Positions 47,243-59,878 of a DNA stretch of 64,000 bases are shown piece by piece. Each line of letters begins with the position of its first letter. Position 1 is the first letter of the stretch. Origin of the DNA: Trichodelitschia bisporula (taxonomy: Eukaryota); NCBI GenBank assembly GCA_010356995.1, contig ML996697.1:368153-432152 (forward strand), in the 5' to 3' direction. Both the position numbers and the translations under genes were made by a program. The notes under the pieces are model-generated. The model saw nothing but the letters and a program-made list of their open reading frames with translations, had not been told where the DNA came from and ran no database searches.

Positions 47243-50200
47243 TCGGTCCCTCTAGTCCTAATAAAAAAAAAATCTTCAGCTTATGAGTTTTGATGTGAAG
47301 TGATGAATAGCCTGGCTTGACTCTCCCGTTTCAGTACGCATGTGATATAAGCCCGGCCTTGTGACGACATCAGATTGGGGTCGATGCCTTGCCGGTATGG
47401 TTCAGCAAAGGGCAGCAGCAAGTTCTTGCATTTAAGGAGCTGGTGTCCGGGACGTCGGAGCTAGGCAGAGACCTTGACTCGGCATAAAAAGATTGATAGG
47501 AGATGACGACCACGGCCGTTATAGACCCAGACACTGGAAGATAAAGAGGATAGTATATGAACCGCACTGGAGCATTGCAAAATGTCATTTACTACAGGTC
47601 CGCTTTATATAGCTCGGCCGCGGATGTCGCACCCCTAGAACCTGTTCCCGTACTGACGCACATGTGAATCAGCCAGCCTTGCGGACAATGACGGGTCTCT
47701 GCGTTCATTCCAGTTTCCACACTAGAAAAAGACTTGTCAAGACAGCCCAACTCCTTCCTATGCCGGTCAAAGGCATAAGCCAGCTTCACTCCGTGTTTAA
47801 AGTTCGACGCGGCAAAATTATCTCGCCCAGACAGACCGCGGACCGGCCGGCGGTCTCTGCTAGGCGGCGGAGCAATGCTAGAGCACAGCCAAATCCCGTT
47901 CGGAGCGCCTGACGGTTGGGTTCTATTGAAATCATCCTAGAAACCGATGCCGAATGGTCCAGGCAAACTTCTCTCCGCGACAGGAAGCGCACAGAGCGTC
48001 GAGGTATCCGCGAATTTCGAAATAGACCCAATAGTTCTAGAAAAACAATTCAACAGCGAAGTTTTGGGCTGCAGAATAACGTAACATTCTCCCCGTTTAG
48101 TTATTGTACGGAGCGACTACGGCCGCCAGTTTCATTCTGAGGTCGCCACACTCATAGCAGACCTGGATTCAGCTTCTATTAGCTAGCGGCGTACGTCTAG
48201 ACGAAAGGACGAATAACTGCCTCTAATGGGGACGGTGCAGAGTCCTTGGTATGAGAAGCGGCCACTTTGGTTGCGTGTCGACGGGTGCTCTGAAGGAGGC
48301 CGCCCCTGGGCTGCCAGAAGCGGCGCCTCGTTCAGACCATCTATTGGCACGCAACTAAAGCGGTCGCCTCTAATATCGAGGAGTCTGTTTCGTCCCCTTA
48401 AGAGGCATACATGGTGTGTTCCGCGTTGGTGCAATGTTCTGCGTGAACGGGACGGGAGGTCCCTACTGGAACTGAACGGGAACGAAGTCAATGGCGACTT
48501 ACCTCAGCTCTCCTTGCTCCAGTTCTTAGTGGAAAGACAGGCAGGATACGTCGGTGAGCTTCCACAGTGTGAATGTAGCCACCTACCTCCACGCCAGAGC
48601 TCCATGTTGCAGCACTTGATGGTGCCGTCTGCTGTGGAGGCTGCCCCAGTTGAAGAGTACGGATGTATAGAGCTGCTGCGAAAGACTGCGGTTGCATTGT
48701 CGGGGAGAAAATTTTGGGTCTCGTGGAGATGATTCCTCGCTTATATCGGCACTTCGCGAACCGCAAGTACTGTGGATCAGTAACCCAAAAGTGGGTCCCT
48801 CGTAGCATTGTGACAGGGCGGTAACGACTTTCTGGGCAGCCCTGCGCCCTATGGTGGCGAGCGAATAATATTTTGCCTGCGGGAAGGGGCCCGCCTTCGG
48901 CTTGCCGCGGCCGGATACCAAAGTACTACAGCAGCAAATGGTTGATTCACAGCAGTTTTGTAGCTGCTACAGCGCCGGTCTTCCGCAATAAATGCATTAA
49001 ACGTCAGCTTCTCCTTCTTCTGACGTCTCGAACTGAGCCATGAAGTCTCACCGCCAAGACGCGCTAAAATCTCCACCAACGCCTCTCTCGCGCATTCATC
49101 CTTGCTCTCCCGCCGTCACCAACTACTTGGGAATAGCGCACGAAGCCTACAACAACCATCGCGCTTATCATGATGACCTCAGAAGATAACTCTACATCCA
49201 AAGTTTTCAACAGCCGCCCAGATACCAAGACAATCAGATGCAGCTTCATCTCGCGAACACACCCTCACTCAGCACCGAGGCAGCACCTGATACCGGTGCC
49301 CAACTAGACCGATCACCCGTATCCAGAACGCGGAGAGCGGAAGACTCCAGGGAGTACCCGGGAGACGGGCACGCGATGTGGGATGCGTGCGACGCGGTCG
49401 ACGCGGCGAAGCCGACTCGGCGGGCTGGGGTCGGACAGAGACGACTGACCGGTCAAGCTGCAATGGCGGGGTGGCTTGACCCAGGTCGGTGAGGCCGAGG
49501 TGATTCTGAAGCCTCGCAGTCCTTGGAAGCCCGTTCTGTGAGCATTGCAGAGAAATCATCTCGGCTGTGATTCGGCTGCATTGTTGACGAAGCCGAAGAA
49601 TTGTCTGACGATCCTTCAATCAACACATACAAGAAGGAGTTGATTCCCAGTAGGCGATGGGAGGCTAATTAGGTCTAATTAGGGCCACGAAACGGCTCCA
49701 GTTATGATTGCCTTGGCTCTCGAACGGGAAGCTGGTAAGTGATCGCTGCTACATTTAGGTATATTTAGTGACATTCGAGAAGCTAATATACACGGTTGGA
49801 GGCCCTGACAAGCACGACTCCTTGCGAGAATCTCCCGCTCCCGAGTATCCATAGTGCTATCTGCAATTAGCCATCTTTTTTCGCGACGTTTTTGGAAGTG
49901 ACGGACCATCCTTCTCTGCAAAAATGGCACCAAAATACTTAATCGCCGACCGTTGAGAAGTGTCTCCACTCAAGCTTAATGCATCCTGCAGGCCCCAAAT
50001 CCTTCCCGCACGGGCGGAACGGGGAAGAGTGGGACCCCGTTTTGGTGCCTTTTTTCCCGATGAGGAATCGACAGCGGTGCTCAAGAGGTAGTGTAGGATC
50101 ATGGACATTCAATCCAGAGCGTGCTAATTCCAGAAGATGCTGAAACTGCCCGGAAAATTCTCTAGAGAAACGGGGCGTAACGGCATCGAAATGACGGTCG

Positions 50201-52603
50201 AACGCCCCTTCCTGACTGCCCACCCGCAGTCCGGGGAAGTTGCGCTGCGGCCGCTGGCTGAATCGCGGCGCTGGTGGCCCGGTTCCAGTAGCAAGCGCTG
50301 TGACGTTGCCAACAACTTTCATCAGCCTATTCATGGGCTATATTTCGCTCATCATAGCCTCGCAGCAACGGTGCAGTCCTGGCCTCTGCCGTCCATGAAC
50401 TGGGTAAGGCCTCTCAGGGGTGCATGGCCTAAAGCCCTCAGATCGTAGCCGGATTCGCCGACTCTCGGATACGATGTCAACGGTTTTAAGTTACATTGCC
50501 CGATCTAGCGTCCTGCATCGGAGAATATGCCAAACAGCGGATGAAGTCGCTGTTGCCCCTAGGCTGCGCATATTCTTCTGCTGGTCTCTCCACTTGCTCA
50601 GTTGTTTTTTGACGCCAATGCATCATCGGGCCCGCGTGCCTATCTCCATATCAGCATTGATGAAGAGTATACGTAACCCGTATTTCCATGCCAGACCATG
50701 CGTCTCCTACTTCCTCTTTCGCATATTGAAGGCCGAGAGCGCCAATGGCATTTCGAAGGTATGGTCCGATCTGTCCACCTCATATATCTCAGGGATGGTG
50801 AATATACTCTCTTCATCCTGGTACCTGTCTGGCTGGACTCGATAAATGGAATATTAGAGATTTGAAGTCTGGTTGACGCAACCTTACCTTGATGAGCACA
50901 CAGGGCTGACTATGGGGAAATCCTGTCATCGAAATTCACGTGGACGTCCATGTACAGCATGTACAGGAAATCAAGCGAGTTGATACGAATATTGTGATAT
51001 AGGTACGTCACGCACGTACTGCCTGAATGTCACAGCTGGTTTCGACAGAGATTGGTGGATAGTGGGTGAACGAGGGTGAGAATCCTACACCTCAAAACAA
51101 AGTCTGAGGATGCTTTGAGAAAAGACACCATCCAGTCGGCTCTCCACGTCGAAATGTTTCCGAGATGTACGCAGGGGGGGGGTTCTGGGGCTTTGCTCAA
51201 TCCTAAGCCGGATTCGAAGCAAAGTGCCGAGGAAAAGGCCACAGGGGCAGCCAAAGATAGGTTAGAAATGGCCCAGGTATTTGCCCTGCCACGTCCACGG
51301 TCCTGGTCATCGGCTTGCGACAACATCGGCGGTTATCCATTCCGACTGACAACTGACGTCTTCTTTCGCGGGGACTCAGAATCGAGCGGTGTCGTTGTGG
51401 CGATTCTCTCGAGGCTGCGCATGGTTCGCAGGAGCGCGCGTTCTGCGCCTCGATGTGGCGTGTTGGCGCAGGCGCAGCAGAGTGGTAGTCTAACTGCAAT
51501 GATGAGGTTCCAGACGAATGAGAGAATGAGAAAATTGACTGGGGAAAATGTGTCGCAGGACGACACCGCGAGGAGGATGACACCGCGAGGAGGATGACAG
51601 GGAGTGGAGGAGGGTTGACAGGGGGGGGGGATAGTTTGGTGGGCAAGTGGGCCAGGTTTGCGGGAGCGGACCGCCAGTTTGTCTTCGACTACCCCCCCTA
51701 GCAGATACTGGGGAACAGTGCCCCGTGGTGACTCTTGCGGACTCTTTTGCACCTAAATCACCCAAATTTAGGCGGTTACCCCCCTGGAAACATATTGGGA
51801 TTCCGGGGCCCCAGGTGTTGAGCTTCTCGCCGAAAGTGCGGTCGGGTTTGGGGTGCGAGCGAACAGCCACCAGTTTGCCGGTGACCACTCAGTCGAAGGC
51901 GGTTTATGCCGATGGCTTCTTTGTGGATGTTTCCTGCTCCCTTGCCCAACTTTGCAAGCCCTTCAAGCCCTCACTCTGCCTCCGTTACTCCCATCATCCA
52001 TGCCACACACACACACCCACACACCACACAGACAGCACCACCCCCTCTCCCCCACCCCCATCCCCATTGAGCGATGGCTGGGCACTTGCGCACTTGCAGG
52101 CACCGTTGCTTGGTGCCTGGGTCTTCCTCACCCTAGTAGTCCAAGCTCTACTCCTTCAACCTCGAAAAAAAGGCCATGTCAACCTCCTCCCTTCATCAAT
52201 CCTCCCTCCCTCACCTTTCTCGCTCCCGTGCTTCTCTTTTAGCTGGATATATTGCAGTCGCTAATCTTAGCCGATATCTCCCCGCGTCTTCTCCCACGCT
52301 GAATCCAGAAAATCCCATTGTCGTTTCCATGCCCGTTTCGTGAATGATCGCCCTTATCCCTCCCACTTCTAAATCCAAAAGCGACGAAGCTTCGACACCC
52401 CGAAATATCTCAGACGATGCCCTTGGTCCCTGCCATTGACGTTCCAAATCGCTTCCACCCAGAACTGCGGGTACGCAATTTTGGGAAAGGTTCGTGCGCG
52501 TCTTTCTTGGTGTTTGCGCACCGGTATCGCGGTCTCCTTTGCTCGGCCATCAATCTGTGCACGGCACGTCCATTCAATATAAGGCTCCAAGACTTCGCCC
52601 ACC

Positions 52604-55600
52604 ATGGACCGACCAAACACCACGACCGGACCAGGTACGGCCCCCAACGACTCCCAGCCGCAGGAAAATCAGCAATCCCCCACCAGCACTCTTCAGCTTC
52701 GGCAGCGCCGACCCCGAAAACGAGCCGGACCGGACCCAGGCAGTCATCGTAGCCTGGCCTCACAGAGCGAGTCTTCTACCGCACGTCCACGGCCCCGCAA
52801 GCGTTCTAGTAGTAGCGCCCCCATCGTCCTTTCTCCTCGTACTGCTCCTTCTGCCCTACCAAAGTCGGAAGCCACAACTGAATCACCTGGTCGCCCCACT
52901 CGGGCAAAACCCGCCATGTCGACCGCCACCTCCACCATCACCTCGAGGTCTGACCGCACCCGCGACCTGAACTCGAGCATCACCTACACCAGGACCGGAC
53001 GCATCAGTAAGGCCCGTAAGGGCATTCGTGGCGCCCATGTGTGCTCGTGTGGAAAAGTATGTCCTCCTTGTGTGTCAGCTTGTCAGCTGCCTCTGGTCCC
53101 GAGTTCAAAAGCGTCCTCACCGCGCCGTACATCCTCCCGCCCCCTCTTGCCTTCCTTCCTTCTATTGCTACGCCGCTCGCCACTTGCTACCGTAACAGCT
53201 GCTAACCCTTGCCGACAGGACTACTCGCGAGCTGAGCACTTGCGGTCAGTATCGCCGCTGAACAGGATCAAGGCTCCTAGCTAACGTGCAAACAGACGCC
53301 ACCAGCAGAATCATGAGTATGTCCTACCGTGTCCCGTGGCTGGCTGTCCCAAGATCTTCCACCGACACGATCTTCTGGAACGTCACAATGCTACCAAACA
53401 GTATGACTCTGCAACAATATCTCAGACGGTAGCTGACTGCAGTAGCAACTCGAGACGACCATCTGTCACCAATAGCAATGCTTCATCCTACGGCACCAGA
53501 GTTTCTCTGGACCGTGACGAGACGGGAAGCAATACGGGAGCCTTCAATAGCCCCCACTGCACTCCGCAACCACAGAAGGCAGCCCTCGACAACGTCAGCC
53601 TGCACCAGCAAAGGTATTCACAATTTCAGTCTTCTCAATATTTCTCAGACTTTAACCCTTTCATTTGCTTCGGTGGGAAGTGAGTCTTGTACTGTCCAGC
53701 ATCTTTTTTTTCACTCTTCTCATCCTTCACCGGCGGTGCTAACCCGAGGTAGCCCGCAACCTAGCGCCCCCGTAATCAAAGACGAGCTGGAAACTGCGCC
53801 ACCAACGGTCTTGGTGCCTTGGGTGCCAGAACAGGTAGCTGCCGAAGCAACCCCCTCACTTTGCTCACGTTCGCCGTCTCCTTCTCTCAACTTCGTTCCA
53901 ACGACACTTTCGTTTGAAGATTTTTATCCGCATCCTACCATCGACTTTTGGCCGGCTCCCGTGTCTACGAGCGTGTCACCAACCTCTGTCACACAGCAGG
54001 TGCAGTGGATGTCCTACGATTCAAGCGGCTTCGTCTCGATGGCTTCTACTCCGGAATCTGGAGCAAACTTCATGGGGCCCTCTGTTACGTCCGGCTCAGT
54101 GCCATATCCGCTGCCATGGACCGGAACCCGGGATAGGTACGGAACTTTGAACATCGAAGGCCTGCTCGAAAACCAGCAGTTGGGCCTGTCACTTAACCTG
54201 GGCACGAAGCAGCACTATGTGAAGGCCTACTGGGAGCACTTCCATCCGCTGTTCTCGATCCTTCATAAGCAGTCCTATCGCTCCCACACACCTAGCCCTC
54301 TGCTCAGTGCTGCCGTCATGGCTATCGGTGCACAGTACACAGACGAGCCGGCTGCGCGCCACGACTCTCGCATTCTGCACGAGAAGTGTCTTGAGCTGAT
54401 CGCAAAGTGCAAACTGGAGCTGTCGGCGACTCCGCGGCTGGATTACATGCAAGCCGTCGTCCTGGTGGAGTTTATGTCGCAATTTAAGGCTAAGCGTGCC
54501 GCATCGGCACTGTCCGATGTGTTCATGACGACCTACCCTAGGGTAAGACGCGCAGCATTTGCCATTTGCAGGCCGTAAGCTGACATGACCCAGCTTTGGC
54601 ACATCCATGACACCACTCCACGCTCTCGTTTTGACGAACTGGCTCAGCTGCCAGCTCAGTCTACTGAAGGTCTGCGCCACCAATGGGGTGAGTGGGTTCA
54701 GGCGCACTCTTTTGAGCGCCTTCTCTCTGCGTGCTTCATCCTCGAAGCCCAGCAAGCCCTCCTCCTAGTTCGTACCAACACCACCAATCCCGACGCCGGC
54801 CTGTCACTGTACGTCCCCGCTTCGACCAGCCTCTGGGAAGCCCCCTCGCACACGCGCTGGGCGCAAATCGCCTCCGCCGGCGTCTCACGCACGAGCGACA
54901 TGTTCCAGCTCCTCGACGAGATCTCCTCCCCCAAGCCGCCCACCCGCCTCGAACCCTTCCCCTCCACCATCCTCACCGCCCTCCAAGCCTCCTTCCTCTC
55001 CTCCGCGCAATCGAAGCAGACACCCTACACCCATCCCCTCCTCGACCCCTCCAACGCGCCCCTCCTCCAGCGCGCCCTCGCCACCCACCCCTCCGTGCTC
55101 ATCACCCACCACGCCGTGCTCCTTGCCGAGGCCGCGCCCCTGCGCGCTCTTCTCGCCGCCTCAGGCCAGTCCTGGGTGCTCAGCCGCCGCCTCGCGGACA
55201 CAGCTGCCGTCGCGGTGGCGGAGTTTGAGACCCTGAAGGCCGTGCTGCGGGCCTGGGCCGAGGGTGCGCAGGAGGGCGCCGAGCGGGATGCCCCTGGCCT
55301 CGTGGAGCCGACACCTGGCCCACAGTCAGCCCCTCGCGCACTCCACGCCGCATTGACGATTCTTGGTCTTGCGCTCGACTCGGTTCCCCAGCCGGCGGCT
55401 GTGGCTGCCGGGCGTGAGCCGCGTTTGCCGGCACTGGCGTTTGGTGCGCCCGAGATGGCGACGTATCTTAGTGCGTTGGCGCTGTGGGCGGCGGCGCTGG
55501 AGGGGGTTAGGGGGGTTGAGGGGGATGAGGATGGGGAGTGGGATGCGGGGAGAGCGGAGGGCGAGGCACGAGTGTTTATCCGTGGTGTGTTGATGGGTGT

Positions 55601-55826
55601 TGCTGGCTTGGGACTTGGGGATGGGGGGCGCGGAGTGCGTGTTCCCGAGGGGGTGGGTGCTGAGCAGTGGCGTGCAGGAGTTGGGGGTGTGGTGCGGTGG
55701 ACGGCGTGGTTTATTGGTGGTGCGGGGGTGGGAGGTGGGAATAGGGATGTGGGGGAGTTGATGGAAGGGGGTGTTGGGGTGCTGGAGCGGTTGGCGAGGG
55801 GTGGCTGGGTGGGAGAATGGTTTTGA
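52604..55826 (+). CDS. C2H2 zinc-finger plus fungal-specific transcription factor domain protein (multi-exon)
   Basis: TRTGRISKARKG..HVCSCGK|DYSRAEHLR|RHQQNH..CPVAGCPKIFHRHDLLERH (introns 53057-53218, 53245-53295, from 53401); YWEHFHPLFSILHK, LLSAAVMAIGAQY; middle exons only approximately resolved. Confidence 0.9.
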
Positions 55827-58332
55827 GCATACTGTATCTTGGGCTGGCCTGGAGGTGTGATGAGGGCGTTTTTGGGTTGATTTTTGTGCATTTGCCTGGA
55901 TTTAGCGCGGAGTTTTGGCACTCGGGAAAATGGTGGGCATGATATCCGCGTTGAACGCTTGGGCATGGCTGTACACGATCTGTGGGACTTGTACTTGGTA
56001 TCATTCGGCATTTGACTTGGTTGTGGGATGGCTTGCTTGCGAATAGATGCACTGCTCAGCCTTGTCTAGTTTTTTTTCTTTTTTAGCGCGGTTCTGTGAA
56101 CTCGACTAGCGGTATAGCCATCAGACTTTTTACATGTGCAATGGTTCAGCATGTACTCAAACTATAAATTGTATAATCCTCACCTGCTCTAGTTACAGAA
56201 AGAACGGTTCAACGCTTCCCAGTACTCGTTATCCCGCAATGAATGCCCCGCCCATGTCCAAAATTATATTCACCCCTGCGACCTAGGCACTGAGGCGGAA
56301 CCTCCCGTCCAACGCCCCGTTACGAACCAGGTCACGCTTTCCCTCTTCCCTCCCTGTCTCGGAGCATGCCGTAGAGCCATATACGATTAGAGAGTCTAAA
56401 GCAGGCGCCTCTAACCGCTGGAGCTGGGTTTCCAGCCACCACGCCACGACATGGGAGGCGTTCGAAGTGAATGAGGCGGAAGATGGGAGTTGCAGGCGGG
56501 AGTGGATTCGAAGGCATAATCACTCCACAGCCATTCCGGTAGGTACGCCATCCAGTAGCAGCTGGAACAGTGAGGTTCCCCGCATTTCTCAGACGGCAGT
56601 CACCATGGACCCGGTGCTACTCCTCCCCTTCACGGCGCACGACACATCATACACTCAACCCAATCACCACTCAATGAATGTGCATTATCCCACTACCTAT
56701 TCACCATCATTACACCCCAAACCGGGCCTCTCCATCTCTTATAAACCCCGCTGAACTAGTGCTATCCCCCATAAATTAGCTACGCAAGCCTGAATGAACA
56801 GCAACATACCGAGCACCCATTGCACGTGCACGCATTGCCGCAGTTGCCCGCGCACTGAGGGCAGGAGGAGCAGGTGCTATCCACGTCAGATCCCAATCAT
56901 CCCCCTTCTTCATTCCCAGTACGTACCAGGGAGCCATTTTTGGTGGTTTGGTTGTTGGTCGTGGGTAGGGCTGAAGTGCTTTGTAGATTCAACTGATGAT
57001 CAGATTGGTGTGAGCTTGCTATTCCGACTTTGTGAGCAGGAAGAAGGGGGTATATATACCCCCCCTCATCCCCCTCACCCTCTACCCCCGCCCTCCTCCG
57101 CCCTCCTCCGCACCAAACACGCACAGCATGACGTCCCCGAGCGGGCTCATTGGCGTCCACATGCTGGTTGCTCTCCTCGAGATTGAAGCAATGCGGCGTG
57201 GAGCCAAACCTCCTCCGCAGTGGCTGCGATTGGGTGATAATGAGGGAGGCGTGAGGTCATGGAGATGGATCCGGAGGGATCGGCGGCGGGGGAGGCTGGG
57301 GCAAGGCTGATCGATTTCTCCTTTGACTTCTCGTTCGACCTCATGGTAGCCGATTCTCAGGGTGACAAACGGATTAACTGCTGGGGATAGGAGACGCCGG
57401 GAGTCCTGACCCAATTGCCGTGGAGCATGTGCGATTGCGGGGTACTGTGATACCGTAGACGTCGCTGTCGACGACGGAGGTGTGTTCGGTACGTACGGTA
57501 CTACGTACCCGGGACGGAACATGCCGTCCTCCTCCTTCTCACCTGCCGACGACACTCCACACTCATACATCACTCACTCCACCTTTACTTCATTCATGAA
57601 AACGCACGGCGATATCCACTCATGACGTCCATCCCGCGTGGGTTAGGTGTCAGCAACCCCAGCCTGCATCCAGCCAGCCACTCAGCGCCACCAAACCTCC
57701 GCCCCTCCCCGCTCCATGCCCTCCCGGCCGGCTTGCACGGCATCATCGCCATGCGGTACCGGTGGGCGGACAGCATCACCGTACGGTAGGCCCGCAGTAC
57801 TACGTACTGTATCATCATAGCCCGCAGCATCCGGAGCGGACTGCCCGGAAAGGGCAAAAGGTGCGGGTTGGTGGTTTGATGTTGCTCTCGGCGCCAGGTG
57901 GAACTGAGCTCCCAACGGAGGACTTTATCTCCCCCTCGCTCCCACCCTGCTCGGCTGAATCTAGCATGCAGAAACAGAAGCAGCATTTGACATATCTCAT
58001 TCCCTACAACTACCCTACCAGCTCGCATCCCATCATCTGCAGTCAGACTCTACGCCCAACCGTGGGCTTACACCGGCCGGACCCTCCGGTCCCCAAAAAC
58101 CGGCGGTCTAAATCCCCGCCAAAATCTCCCGATCAGCAGCCCGGCCGCTCACCGTCGCGCACTAGTCAACGCCACGCTCAAAGAGCGTTTCAGCTCCCCA
58201 TCGCAGCAAGGCCGTCGGTGGCAGGAGACCGTTTGCAAGAAAGAAAACCCCCCGTCTAGAACACCAGCTAACACCTCCCTCATCACCAGTTTTCCAACCC
58301 AGCGACATCATTACCCCGCGCGTATGAAGCCT

Positions 58333-59878
58333 TTACAACTTCTCCTTGAGCGACGTGCGCAGACGACGCTCAACCGCATCCATATACACACTCGTCACGA
58401 CCCAGGCCTCGCGGTCCTTGCGGCCGCACGCCAGGGCCAGATCCTTGGTCATGATGCCGTCGATATCGACGGTGTCAATGCAGGCGCGCTCCAGTGCCTC
58501 GGCGAAGGCGACCAAGTCCGGCGTGCCGTCCAGCTCGCCGCGCTTGGCCAGACCACGGGTCCACGCAAAGATGGACGCAATCGGGTTTGTCGACGTCTCG
58601 TTGCCCTTCTGGTGCTCGCGGTAGTGGCGCGTAACCGTGCCGTGCGCAGCCTCCGACTCGAAGGTCTTGCCGTCCGGCGTAATCAGCACGGATGTCATCA
58701 GGCCCAGCGAGCCGAAGCCTTGGGCGATGATATCGGACTGGACGTCACCGTCGTAGTCTAGGAACTGTTAGTTTTATATCGAAAGCAGATTTTAACAAGG
58801 TACGCACTCTTCATGGCGATGATGTAGCCACCCTCGCTCTTGATCATCTGTGCCACCATGTCGTCGATCAGACGGTGCTCGTACCAGATGCCCGCGGCCT
58901 CAAAGTCAGCCCTGTACTGGGACTCGTAAATCTCCTGGAAGATATCCTTGAAGCGGCCGTCGTAGCGCTTGAGGATAGTGTTCTTGGTGCTCATGTACAG
59001 CGGCATCTTCTTGTCAAGCGCGAGCTTGAAGCTGGCGTGCGCAAAGCCGCGGATCGACTCGGCCGTGTTGTACATAGTCAGGGCGACGCCGCCGTCCTCC
59101 TGCTCGAAGTTGTAGACATCGACAACCTGGGGCTCGCTGCCGTCCTTGGGCTTGAACACCATCTGCAGGGTGCCGGGGCCGGAGAGCACAGCGTCCTTGG
59201 CGCGGTACTGGTCGCCAAAGGCGTGGCGGCCGATGATGATGGGCTTCTTCCAGCCCGGCACGAGGCGGGGCACGCGCGGGATGACGATAGGCTCGCGGAA
59301 GACGGTACCGCCGAGGGCATTGCGGATGGTGCCGTTGGGCGACAGCCACATCTGCTTCAGCTTGAATTCCTCGACACGCGCCTCATCTGGGGTGATGGTG
59401 GCGCACTTGACGCCGACGCTGTACTTCTTGATCGCCTCGGCCGAGTCAATCGTCACCTGGTCGTTGGTCTCGTCACGGTACTCGAGCCCTAGGTCGTAGT
59501 ACTTGAGGTCGATGTCGAGGTAGGGGTAGATGAACTAGGATTCACAAATTAACGTGGGGGTTCATTTTTTGCTTAGACGATCCAGCAGCGTACCTTGTCC
59601 TTGATGTCTTTCCAGATGATACGCGTCATCTCATCGCCGTCAAGCTCCACCACGGGGTTTTTGACCTTGATCTTCTTGATTCCAGTAGTAGAGGCCATTG
59701 TTCGTCTCTGTAACCGCGCAGCGGTGTTTTGCTGAGTGAAAAGGTGGTAGGCTGCGGGGGAGGCAAAGGTGCGACGGGAGGGATGAGCAAAGCGGGAAGT
59801 TGCGACGGTTGATGATGTGAGGCGAGGAGTAGCAGAGGAGAAAGAGCGGGCACACCGGAGAGAAAGGGCGATGCTCAT
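58333..59878 (-). CDS. IDP1: Mitochondrial NADP-dependent isocitrate dehydrogenase, introns 59593-59535 and 58807-58758
   Basis: R/S-rich presequence; [53 protein letters not shown]. Confidence 0.98.

Noticed and set aside
57082..57915. Small minus-strand ORFs downstream of IDP1
   Set aside because: No recognisable domain or consistent splice model; at best a relic
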